Of a stretch of 64,000 bases of DNA, positions 1 to 8,454 are shown piece after piece. Each line of letters begins with the position of its first letter. The first letter of the stretch is position 1. Position numbers and translations under genes: made by a program. Under the pieces are notes generated by a model. The model was not told where the DNA came from. It worked only from the letters and a program-made list of their open reading frames with translations, and searched no databases. Origin of the DNA: an uncultured Candidatus Actinomarina sp. (GTDB lineage Bacteria > Actinomycetota > Acidimicrobiia > Actinomarinales > Actinomarinaceae); the NCBI GenBank assembly GCA_902615855.1, contig CACMQN010000002.1, forward strand, positions 66,460-130,459. Direction: 5' to 3'.

Positions 1-1566
1 GGACAGGTTATTATCACTCCAGATGCTAAATTATTGGTTGCTGATTCAGATAACGATAGAGTTCTTGTTTGGACAAATTTTCCACAAACATCTGGTCAAG
101 CTGCAGATTATGCAATACCAATAACAAATTATGTAAGCATGAATAATTCTTGGCCTTGGGGAGTCTGGTCAGATGGTAACAAAACTATCGTAACTGCAAC
201 TGTTTCTGGAACAATATTAATTTGGAACAGTTTCCCTGGTTCAAACACACCACCAGATGTTGTATTAACATCGAATCAGATAGGCACACCAAGATCAATA
301 TTATCTAACGGAGATTACATAATGATTGGAGATGAAAATGCTAATGGCGAATGTGTAGGAGTTAATGGAAACAGGTCAACACATGTCTTTACCTCATGGC
401 CAACTGAATCACGAGATCCAGATGCTTGTGTGGACAATTGGATTTCAGGAATTATTCATGAAAATAAAATATATTCAATACCTGCTGGAGGTGAGTCGCT
501 CTACTTTTGGGACAATCTTTATACATCAACATCAGAATTAAAATCAAATGTTAAATTAGCTGAACCAGGTCAAGGTTCAAGATGGATGGGAGGTGATGAT
601 GGAGGGGCGGCAGTTGCAGGAAATAAGCTTTTTATTGCCGAATATAATGGAAATAGAATTTCTGTTTTTGATTCTTTACCTTCATCTCCATCAACTAAGC
701 CAAATTGGTCATTACTAACTGACAATACTGAAAGTCTTACTTTGTTAGAAGAAGATTTCATTATCCAAAATCCTGTAATTGAATCTGATGAAAATATATT
801 TGTTGTAAGCTCGGACTTCGATAGGTCATTGTCTGTATGGAAAAAAATACCAGGATCTACTGGTGCAAAACCAGACATTGTCTTCAGAAGGTTTGAGGAA
901 GGTCCTTGGGATAATACTTTCAATAATAAATCTTTATTCCTAGCCGCAGGAAAAAAAGTCTTTGGTTGGTTTGATTTTGAAAATAATCTAAATTCAGGTA
1001 ATTATTCATTTGATATGAATACATCATCAATTGGATCGATTAATTTTTCATCTTTGAGAGGTGTTGCATATAATGGAGAATTTTTTGCCCTAGGGGAAAC
1101 TGATAATAAAAATATTTATATTTGGAAAGGAATACCAGGATTGAATGATGAACCAGATTATATTATCCAAAATCCTGTTGGCGTTGGAAGAATAGATATG
1201 AATGAAGAATGGCTTGTTGTTTCTGCTTATCCAGGTGCAGGTAGTCCAGTTCATGTAATTAAACTAGCTAATTTAGATTCCGGGATTATGTTGTCAGTAC
1301 CTGGTAACGACGATTTTCCTCAGGGAGTAAGTATTAATGAGAAAGGATTTTTTATTGCCTTGCAAGGAAGTAATAAAGTTGTGGGCTGGTCAAGCGTTCA
1401 GGATGCTCTAAATGGATCATCCCCAACAATGTCATTTGGTGGAACAACCAATAAAACAAACTCTGGAACAAAAATGGCCTCAACTGTTCACTGGGATGGA
1501 TTTCATCTTTGGGTTGGAGAATTTAAATTTTCAAATAGATTGTTGGGATTTGCTCCTTCAAAATAA
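1..1566 (+). CDS. NHL-repeat/beta-propeller protein, 5'-truncated by the window edge
   Basis: Frame is open from base 1 (GQVIITPDAKLLVADSDNDRVLVW). Repeated units such as ADSDNDRVLVWTNFP, AEYNGNRISVFDSLP, SSDFDRSLSVWKKIP and GEFKFSNRLLGF. Confidence 0.7.
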   Translation, partial: GQVIITPDAKLLVADSDNDRVLVWTNFPQTSGQAADYAIPITNYVSMNNSWPWGVWSDGNKTIVTATVSGTILIWNSFPGSNTPPDVVLTSNQIGTPRSILSNGDYIMIGDENANGECVGVNGNRSTHVFTSWPTESRDPDACVDNWISGIIHENKIYSIPAGGESLYFWDNLYTSTSELKSNVKLAEPGQGSRWMGGDDGGAAVAGNKLFIAEYNGNRISVFDSLPSSPSTKPNWSLLTDNTESLTLLEEDFIIQNPVIESDENIFVVSSDFDRSLSVWKKIPGSTGAKPDIVFRRFEEGPWDNTFNNKSLFLAAGKKVFGWFDFENNLNSGNYSFDMNTSSIGSINFSSLRGVAYNGEFFALGETDNKNIYIWKGIPGLNDEPDYIIQNPVGVGRIDMNEEWLVVSAYPGAGSPVHVIKLANLDSGIMLSVPGNDDFPQGVSINEKGFFIALQGSNKVVGWSSVQDALNGSSPTMSFGGTTNKTNSGTKMASTVHWDGFHLWVGEFKFSNRLLGFAPSK

Positions 1567-1605
1567 GATGAAATATTAAAACTATTCCCAATTTATTTAA
1601 TTGAA

Positions 1606-2556
1606 TTAACCAGTTGACTCCACAGCCTCTGTAGTGACTTCTTCATCTGTTTCTAGAAGTCCACAGTCTTCGAGTACTTCGTCAGTGTTTCCGCCACCAA
1701 ATACAACTCTCTCAAAAACCACAACCGCGTAAATCTCATCTTCAGTAAGTTTTCCTGCAAATCCAGGCATTCCACCTATTGATACTTTATTCTCTGCTCC
1801 ATACGCCGGTCCAACTTCGGCCTGCCAACCTGCAGAGCCTAATTCAATCCACAATGCATGATCACTACAAGTTGGAAAAGTTGTATAAAGTTCTCCACCA
1901 GTAAAGGCAGGACCTACTCCTCCACCACCATTTACTCCATGACAACCAGCACATGCAGCAGCTCCAGAATAAACTTGTTGTCCAAGGGCAATATAATTTA
2001 TTGAGCTTGCAGATCCAACACCTTTTCCTTCAAATGCTGATCCATCACAGTTCACAGTTAATTGAGTTTTTCGATCAACATCTAAAATTCCACTCTCCCC
2101 ACATTCTTGTGTGGATGATGTATTGACTATCCCAATAACAATAAAAAGGGGAATAAGTACAAAGCTAAAATTTAGCCATCTCGGCAAAGATGTTTCAGCA
2201 TTTACCTTTATATCCAACGTCTTATTTGCGAAGGATACTTTTTGTATAATTTTTTTAATATTTGCTTGAGAAGATACTACAGATGAACTTTCCTTTTCAT
2301 CTTTTACAATTTCTGCAGACTCTTCTTTGGATTCTTCTATATCAGCTTTGTCTTCAACAGGTGGCGCCGGTTCTTCAGCAGGAGGTGCTTCTTCAGCAGG
2401 TTTTTCTGCAGAAGCTACACTCTCACCTCCAGCCCATGATTGTAAAACTTCATCAACTGTTCTTCCAGAAGCTTCAGCTCTAGCTTCAGCAGATCGTTGC
2501 ACCAACGACTCTGGTGCATTTAATAATTCAGCAACTTTACTTAAGAGTTCACTCAT
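1606..2556 (-). CDS. Membrane-anchored monoheme cytochrome c with the duplicated N-terminal module
   Basis: CAGCH heme motif, GGGGVGPAF, distal MPGF, one TM helix. N-terminus is nearly identical to that of the 2549..3361 gene. Confidence 0.85.
   Translation of the reverse strand: MSELLSKVAELLNAPESLVQRSAEARAEASGRTVDEVLQSWAGGESVASAEKPAEEAPPAEEPAPPVEDKADIEESKEESAEIVKDEKESSSVVSSQANIKKIIQKVSFANKTLDIKVNAETSLPRWLNFSFVLIPLFIVIGIVNTSSTQECGESGILDVDRKTQLTVNCDGSAFEGKGVGSASSINYIALGQQVYSGAAACAGCHGVNGGGGVGPAFTGGELYTTFPTCSDHALWIELGSAGWQAEVGPAYGAENKVSIGGMPGFAGKLTEDEIYAVVVFERVVFGGGNTDEVLEDCGLLETDEEVTTEAVESTG
2359..2556. repeat. 198-bp direct repeat, copy 1 (5' end of the cytochrome c gene)
   Basis: Matches 3164..3361 at offset 805 with two mismatches (2365/3170 and 2549/3354). 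Confidence 0.95.
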
Positions 2557-3361
2557 TTGTACTTCCTAAAGATAATAAATAAGTTATTAAATAATCTAAA
2601 TCTTGATTACTTAGGAAATTTACTGATGGATGAGGTATATCTTCCTTTACAGAAGATGGATCAATTAAATACTCTTTTAGCCAATCTGCATCGTTTGTTG
2701 GTTCTCTTGTTCCAAGAGTTGATAAATCGGGAGCTAACCTCAAAAGGCCTGTATTTTGAATGAGGTTTTTATTGGCAAATCTATTTTTTAATATTTTTCC
2801 ATTTTGTGAATCAGGTATGAGAATTCTTACATTCTGTGTATGACAGGACTGACAATTTAATTGGTTATAGACAATTGCTCCATTTAATATTTCTTCACTT
2901 ACCCGAACAGAATTATTTAATGATTGTAAGACCACCTCTTCACTTTGTTGTTTTGGTATTGAGAAAGCAAATAGGTATGTAAATATAACTACTCCAATCA
3001 CACCAGCAATAAAACCTAGAGAGCTTTCTTTCTTTATTTCAATGTTTTCTTCTTCAATTAAAACCTCTGTAGACATTTCAGAAATAGTTTCTTCAACTAC
3101 AATTGATAAATCTTCTGTTGATTCCTCTTCTTCCTCATCTGATGTAGTTACAGGTTCATCCGTAGGTGGTGCCGGTTCTTCAGCAGGAGGTGCTTCTTCA
3201 GCAGGTTTTTCTGCAGAAGCTACACTCTCACCTCCAGCCCATGATTGTAAAACTTCATCAACTGTTCTTCCAGAAGCTTCAGCTCTAGCTTCAGCAGATC
3301 GTTGCACCAACGACTCTGGTGCATTTAATAATTCAGCAACTTTACTTAAGAGTGCACTCAT
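2549..3361 (-). CDS. CcoO/FixO-like (cbb3 oxidase subunit II) cytochrome c, divergent
   Basis: GAIVY..CQSCHTQNVR...RLAPDLSTLG...DW...YLIDP resembles the CcoO pattern G..IY..GC..CHSQ.IR...R.GPDL..VG...DW...HL..P. Confidence 0.8.
   Translation of the reverse strand: MSALLSKVAELLNAPESLVQRSAEARAEASGRTVDEVLQSWAGGESVASAEKPAEEAPPAEEPAPPTDEPVTTSDEEEEESTEDLSIVVEETISEMSTEVLIEEENIEIKKESSLGFIAGVIGVVIFTYLFAFSIPKQQSEEVVLQSLNNSVRVSEEILNGAIVYNQLNCQSCHTQNVRILIPDSQNGKILKNRFANKNLIQNTGLLRLAPDLSTLGTREPTNDADWLKEYLIDPSSVKEDIPHPSVNFLSNQDLDYLITYLLSLGSTNE
3164..3361. repeat. 198-bp direct repeat, copy 2 (5' end of the CcoO-like gene)
   Basis: Matches 2359..2556 with two mismatches. Confidence 0.95.
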
Positions 3362-4761
3362 ACTGGAAGCTCCTCTTCAGTAAGTTCAATTGTTTCTGCT
3401 TCTGTAATTTCTCCATTTACTATCGCCTTGACGACTGAAATGAAAAACAACAGAAATGGCAGAAGTAATGTCAAAGATAAAAACATATTTAGCGTTAAAG
3501 GAGTACTGATTAGTGACCACAATAAACCGAACCCTTCACCATAGATTGTTGGGTTTCCTGCATTGGCACCAGCATTCCATGAGTAACCAGAAATAATTCC
3601 GATTAAAGCATTAGAAAATAATGTTAAAGACACCACAAGTTTTAATAGAAAACTAGTTAAAGATTCAAGCCTTGAAAATTTAACTTCTCTTCCAAAGATT
3701 TTAGGAATCAAATAATAAACAAATGAGATAGTAATTAATATTGCACTGAAAACATACCCATATCTAATTGCTATCTCAAAATTTGTAAGACTCAATATAG
3801 GAATGATATTTGAGAGCGAGGACACTATTTGAAAGATATTTGTTATAACAAATATTCCAAACGAGAAACTTATAAGACTATAAATAACTTTATTCTCGTC
3901 AATTCTCGTTGAAACCGTTCTGAAGAAATTTACAGCTATAGCAAGCACTGGGAGAGACAAACTTATAGACAAGTAAAGAGATATATTTTCTATCCAATTT
4001 GGCAATACAGAACCAAAGTAAAATTTAAAATTTGACCAAGGAATGAGAAACAAGAATCCCCAAAATCCAATAGATCCCAATGTTTTACTGTACAACGTAG
4101 CATTTATACCTTTTGTAATCATGAAATGAAGTAATGATAGAAATACGAACGAATATCCAACATATATATGTGTTGAAACATACATTGAATTAATGAAAAA
4201 ATTGTCGCTAAATACGACAAAATCAGCTCTATAAATTAGAAGTGATATCAAATAAAAAATACTTGCACCAAAAAGATACTGACTACTAACAAAGAGAGAA
4301 GCTTCTTTTTTGGCCAATATATTTAGAATAACGAGTCCAACAAAGGCAAAAAATATTAAGATTTTAAAAATTAATGTATAACTAGTGTTCCCAAAGAACA
4401 AAAAACTATCAGGAAATAATATTCCTAATAATAGATCGAGTGACTCCAATCCGATAACTCCCAATGCAGTTAGAAAAAAAATTGGGAATATTATTAATTT
4501 TCTTCCAAGTGTTTTTGGTAATAAGTAAACAGTCAAAAACACAATTAAAAATGAAAGCATCAGATTGTAAGTTATATGGTTATTTAGTTTTTCTAAATAT
4601 CCACTATTGAGAAAACTATTTTGAGGGAGTATGGCTGCAAAAATGAAATAAGCTTCTTTTGTTAATGCAACAGTTCCTAAAAGAAGGAAAAAAAGTGGAG
4701 TTAAAACAATAAAAAATTTTGAAAACGCTTGTTCATTTTTTGGAAAAATTTTTATTCTCAT
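3358..4761 (-). CDS. CcoN-like heme-copper oxidase subunit I homolog lacking the metal-ligand histidines
   Basis: About 12 TM helices. LYSKTLGSIGFWGFLFLIPW...LPNW and YYLIPKIFGRE align by eye with CcoN YS.RL...HFW.....W..PHH....LPDW and YYL.PKL.GRE. Lies directly upstream of the CcoO-like gene. Confidence 0.65.
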   Translation of the reverse strand: MRIKIFPKNEQAFSKFFIVLTPLFFLLLGTVALTKEAYFIFAAILPQNSFLNSGYLEKLNNHITYNLMLSFLIVFLTVYLLPKTLGRKLIIFPIFFLTALGVIGLESLDLLLGILFPDSFLFFGNTSYTLIFKILIFFAFVGLVILNILAKKEASLFVSSQYLFGASIFYLISLLIYRADFVVFSDNFFINSMYVSTHIYVGYSFVFLSLLHFMITKGINATLYSKTLGSIGFWGFLFLIPWSNFKFYFGSVLPNWIENISLYLSISLSLPVLAIAVNFFRTVSTRIDENKVIYSLISFSFGIFVITNIFQIVSSLSNIIPILSLTNFEIAIRYGYVFSAILITISFVYYLIPKIFGREVKFSRLESLTSFLLKLVVSLTLFSNALIGIISGYSWNAGANAGNPTIYGEGFGLLWSLISTPLTLNMFLSLTLLLPFLLFFISVVKAIVNGEITEAETIELTEEELPV

Positions 4762-4930
4762 TAATTTAAAAAGTAAGTACTCAATTTGACTTTACTATTA
4801 AACCATAGAAATTACTCCAATAAAATTAGTAATTTTTTGAAAAAGTTGGGTTATAAAATTTATAATATCTGGGTAATCCTTGATAGAATAGATATTGAAG
4901 GTTTTGAGTAAATAACGTGTTGAGGGAAAC

Positions 4931-5524
4931 TTGTTAAATTTTATATTTATTAACCGATACAAAATCGGAGTTGCTTTAATTTTTGCTGGAGTAGGTGGCA
5001 TAACAATTGGAGTAATTATTGCACATTTCGCTGGATTTCCAGAAGGCGAAGTAATCGATTATTTTAATTGGATGCCTAGGGGCTGGCTAATGCAAACCAT
5101 TGGACAACTCATTGCTTTTGGTGCAGGTCAATTTCTATTGATTGGAATGGCAATGCTTGCATGGCAAGATTCTGAATTAACTTGGGCTAGAGCAACATAT
5201 CTGGCATTTCTCAGTTGGATACAATTTGCACTTATATTTGGTGTATTACCTTCTGAGTGGTTAAACCTTTCTCAAGGACCTCTTGAATGGACAAACCAAA
5301 GAGAGTTTATCAACTTTCCTCCAATTTTATTTTTAGGTAACGAAATAGGAATGAGCCTCGGAGCTCTGAAAGACATTATTCAACTTGGTATATCAGGTGG
5401 AGCATTAGTGACAGCTTTTGTAGTAGGATATCTAATTCAAGATATCAACGAAGCAAAAGAAAGAGGAAAAACTAGAGTTTCTGATTACGGAAAACAAGTC
5501 GTGAAGGTAGGTGCTGATGGCTAA
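4931..5524 (+). CDS. Uncharacterised 4-TM membrane protein, first gene of the Rieske/cytochrome b operon
   Basis: Hydrophobic ORF with TTG start after GAGGG; overlaps the ferredoxin gene. Confidence 0.7.
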   Translation: MLNFIFINRYKIGVALIFAGVGGITIGVIIAHFAGFPEGEVIDYFNWMPRGWLMQTIGQLIAFGAGQFLLIGMAMLAWQDSELTWARATYLAFLSWIQFALIFGVLPSEWLNLSQGPLEWTNQREFINFPPILFLGNEIGMSLGALKDIIQLGISGGALVTAFVVGYLIQDINEAKERGKTRVSDYGKQVVKVGADG

Positions 5525-5966
5525 ATCAGAAGTACTTATTGAAATGCCTGAATTTGAAAAAAAATACAATTTAGCCATGGTCGAAGCCGAAAAGGTTTCT
5601 TCAAGGGTAAGGCCAAAACAGTTTTTGCATATTGATGAGGCAGAGTGCATTTTATGTGAAGGATGTGTAGATATCTGTCCATGGAAATGTATACATTACT
5701 TATCAACAGAAGCAATAGAAGACTCTATAAACGTTGAAGCTCCTAACATGGAAGATAATGAAACGGGATTCTTTGTTGTTGATGAAGAAGCTTGTACAAG
5801 ATGTGCATTATGTGTTGATAGGTGCCCAACAGGGGTTATATCGCTTGGTAAGTTTGCTGGATCATTAGCAGATGCGGCAATAAAGAATGGTGTTTATGAA
5901 TCTCCATGGGATGAAGACTCAGGAGAGAGAAGTGACCGTCATGGCTATATATATGGAAGACTTTAA
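5517..5966 (+). CDS. 2x[4Fe-4S] dicluster ferredoxin
   Basis: CILCEGCVDICP and CTRCALCVDRCP motifs. ATG 5517 preferred over GTG 5511. Confidence 0.9.
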   Translation: MAKSEVLIEMPEFEKKYNLAMVEAEKVSSRVRPKQFLHIDEAECILCEGCVDICPWKCIHYLSTEAIEDSINVEAPNMEDNETGFFVVDEEACTRCALCVDRCPTGVISLGKFAGSLADAAIKNGVYESPWDEDSGERSDRHGYIYGRL

Positions 5967-6745
5967 TGAAAAACGAAAAAATTAAATTTAGAGATCGATT
6001 AAAAGATATTAGTTCAGGTCTCGGAGAGTCTTTAAAAGAAAGTACGCTTTGGGGAAGTATTTTTAGACCAGGATCTCCATTTAGAAAAGGTTATTCAGAT
6101 AGTCCAAGAAATAGATCATATGTTGTAATGAATAACGTCTTGTATCATCTCCATCCAGTAAAAGTAAAAAGACATGGTGTCAGATTGTCATATACGCTTT
6201 GCTTGGGAGGATTAAGCTTCTTTACATTTATTGTTTTGACTATAACTGGTATTTGGTTGATGTTTTATTTTAGACCTACAGAAATGGCATATGTTGATAT
6301 TCAATCATTACAGACAAGTATTGCGTTTGGATCTCTAGTTAGAAATATGCACAGGTGGGCTGCGCACATTATGGTGTTAGTAGTGTTTCTTCACATGTCC
6401 CGAGTTTTTTATCATGGGGCGTACAAAGCACCTAGAGAGTTTAACTGGGTGATTGGAGTTATATTACTACTTTTAACACTCCTTCTTTCATTTACTGGTT
6501 ATCTACTTCCATGGGATCAGTTAGCTATTTGGGCTGTGACAGTGGGTGGAAATATGGCAGGTTATACTCCCGTTTTTGGTGCTCAAGTTAAGTTTGCGTT
6601 ATTTGCAGGACTAGAGGCTACTGAAGCAACACTTCTTCGATTTTATGTTTTACATGTTCTATTTTTTCCTTTCATCATTGTAATTTTTATGGCAATTCAT
6701 TTTTGGCGAGTAAGAAAGGATGGAGGAATCTCAGGTCCTCTATAG
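5966..6745 (+). CDS. qcrB: Cytochrome b N-terminal subunit (cytochrome b6-like, split)
   Basis: YTLCLGG, RNMHRWAAH, VFLHMSRVF, PREFNW, FTGYLLPWDQ, RFYVLHV, IHFWRVRKDGGISGPL C-terminus. Confidence 0.92.
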   Translation: MKNEKIKFRDRLKDISSGLGESLKESTLWGSIFRPGSPFRKGYSDSPRNRSYVVMNNVLYHLHPVKVKRHGVRLSYTLCLGGLSFFTFIVLTITGIWLMFYFRPTEMAYVDIQSLQTSIAFGSLVRNMHRWAAHIMVLVVFLHMSRVFYHGAYKAPREFNWVIGVILLLLTLLLSFTGYLLPWDQLAIWAVTVGGNMAGYTPVFGAQVKFALFAGLEATEATLLRFYVLHVLFFPFIIVIFMAIHFWRVRKDGGISGPL

Positions 6746-6752
6746 ACATACT

Positions 6753-7577
6753 ATGGTTGATATTCCAGAACATTTATTATTAAAAACTGCTGAAGCAAGA
6801 GCCAAGGCCTTAGGTATTTCAGTTGAACAAGCACTGGCAGAAATGAGAGGTGAAGCTGAGCCTACCAAAATTGAGAAAGAACCAGATGTTATTGAAGTTA
6901 CTCAAATTGAAGTAGAAGTCAAAGAAACACCGGCACCAGCAGCTGAAGTCAAAGAAACACCGGCACCAGCAGCTGTAGTAAAAGAAGCACCGGCTCCTGC
7001 ACCTGAAAAATCAAACGGACAAGTACCTACTGAAGTAGATTTTGCACCTGAGACAAAAGTAACACAAAGGTTGCTTACGGTCGTCAAAGCAAAGCCAATA
7101 CAGAAACCAACTTCTGAACCAGTTGATAAAGTAAACACATGGCCTCATTTAATGTTGCCAGAGTTTATTTCATTAATGGCAATGACAGCATTTTTGATTT
7201 TTATAAGTGCAATTTTGCAAGCTCCTTTATTAGAAGAAGCAAATCCAAACATTACACCAAACCCTGCAAAAGCACCATGGTACTTTTTAGGACTACAAGA
7301 ATTACTTTCCTATTGGGATCCACAGATCGCAGGTGTGATGATACCTCTTCTAATTGGTGTTGCAGCATTTATGGCAATTCCATATATTGATCGAAATAAA
7401 GAAAATAAACCTTCAAAAAGAAAATATGCAATAATGTTGTGGACCTTTTTTCTGGCAGGTGCTGGAACTTTAAGTCTTATCGGTATTTTATTTAGAGGCC
7501 CAGGTTGGAACTGGACGTATCCATGGATTGATGGTGTATGGTTCGATGACTTACTTGACTGGGTCCATTTCGAATGA
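6753..7577 (+). CDS. Rieske/cytochrome b complex subunit IV (PetD-like) with N-terminal extension
   Basis: WPHL...PLLEEANPNITPNPAKAPWYFLGLQELL (PEWY-equivalent) and PYIDR. ATG 6753 follows the cytochrome b stop. Confidence 0.88.
   Translation: MVDIPEHLLLKTAEARAKALGISVEQALAEMRGEAEPTKIEKEPDVIEVTQIEVEVKETPAPAAEVKETPAPAAVVKEAPAPAPEKSNGQVPTEVDFAPETKVTQRLLTVVKAKPIQKPTSEPVDKVNTWPHLMLPEFISLMAMTAFLIFISAILQAPLLEEANPNITPNPAKAPWYFLGLQELLSYWDPQIAGVMIPLLIGVAAFMAIPYIDRNKENKPSKRKYAIMLWTFFLAGAGTLSLIGILFRGPGWNWTYPWIDGVWFDDLLDWVHFE
6915..7004 (+). repeat. 30-bp in-frame tandem repeat (EVKETPAPAA x2 plus a degenerate third unit)
   Basis: gaagtcaaagaaacaccggcaccagcagct occurs exactly twice, followed by a diverged copy. 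Confidence 0.9.
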
Positions 7578-8452
7578 CTCTTGTTGAGCTTTCATTTATT
7601 GCAATTGCATTTATTGGCGTATTTGGTGTGATTGGAATTGCAGCTGTAGTAACTGGAAGAACCCCAAAAGCTGTAACAAAAAGATTAAATTGGAAAAAGA
7701 ATTTAGATAAAAAAGCTTTAAAAGTTGATAAATCTCAAACAAATTTTTTAGCTCCAGATGAACCAGATTTTGAAGAAGAAAACGTATCTGAAGATAATGA
7801 ACAAGATGAAGAAGAAATTCAAACCGATGGATCCATTGCAATAAAAGAAGAAATAATTTATGAAGAAATTTCAGAAGAAGAAGCTGGAATGACTCGTAGA
7901 CAATTTTTGGGTAAAGCCCTTGGAATCACGTTTGGAGCATTTGCTGGTATCCAATTAATTTCTTGGCTTGGATTCTTTTATCCAAAAGTTTCCGGAGGTT
8001 TTGGATCTAAAATAGATGCTGGAAGAGTTGATGACCTTAAAGACCAAATTTTCCAATCAGACGGTTCAGTTATACCTGCATTCATTCCAGAAGCAAGAGC
8101 TTATGTTTTACCATTTGATGACAATGGTAACTCTCAGTTTTCTGATAGTGGAACTATTGCAGACGGTTTAGTTGCTGTTTATCAACGATGCGTTCATTTA
8201 GGTTGTCGTGTTCCATGGTGCAACACCTCTCAAGGATTTGAATGTCCATGTCATGGTTCAAAATACAACATGGTTGGTGAGTATTACGCAGGTCCTGCTC
8301 CAAGGAACTTAGATAGGTTTATTGTAAGTGTTTCAGGAGGAAAATTAATTATCGACACAGGATCAGTTATAGAATCACCTCGAGCTGATGGTATGTCTGT
8401 GAAATATCCACAAGGTCTTTCATGTATTACAATCGCTGAGACTGAGGAATAA
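7574..8452 (+). CDS. qcrA: Rieske [2Fe-2S] subunit
   Basis: CVHLGC and CPCHGSKY boxes, GPAPRNL, internal TRRQFL twin-arginine motif. Confidence 0.93.
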   Translation: MTLVELSFIAIAFIGVFGVIGIAAVVTGRTPKAVTKRLNWKKNLDKKALKVDKSQTNFLAPDEPDFEEENVSEDNEQDEEEIQTDGSIAIKEEIIYEEISEEEAGMTRRQFLGKALGITFGAFAGIQLISWLGFFYPKVSGGFGSKIDAGRVDDLKDQIFQSDGSVIPAFIPEARAYVLPFDDNGNSQFSDSGTIADGLVAVYQRCVHLGCRVPWCNTSQGFECPCHGSKYNMVGEYYAGPAPRNLDRFIVSVSGGKLIIDTGSVIESPRADGMSVKYPQGLSCITIAETEE

Positions 8453-8454
8453 AT

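Noticed and set aside
2359-3361. Direct repeats as IS ends, att sites or a CRISPR array
   Set aside because: The repeats are in-frame coding sequence starting at ATG; there is no transposase, integrase, spacer pattern or cas gene.
2327-3383. Plus-strand ORFs 2327..2569 and 3042..3383 with matching peptide sequences
   Set aside because: They are antisense shadows of the 198-bp repeat in the real minus-strand cytochrome genes.
3358-4761. Functional cbb3 oxidase ccoN, or a pseudogene
   Set aside because: Too few His for catalysis, yet no frameshift or internal stop, so neither label is supported.
4798-5001. 67-aa minus-strand ORF in the divergent spacer
   Set aside because: Overlaps the plus-strand membrane gene and AT-rich promoter DNA; no recognisable motif.
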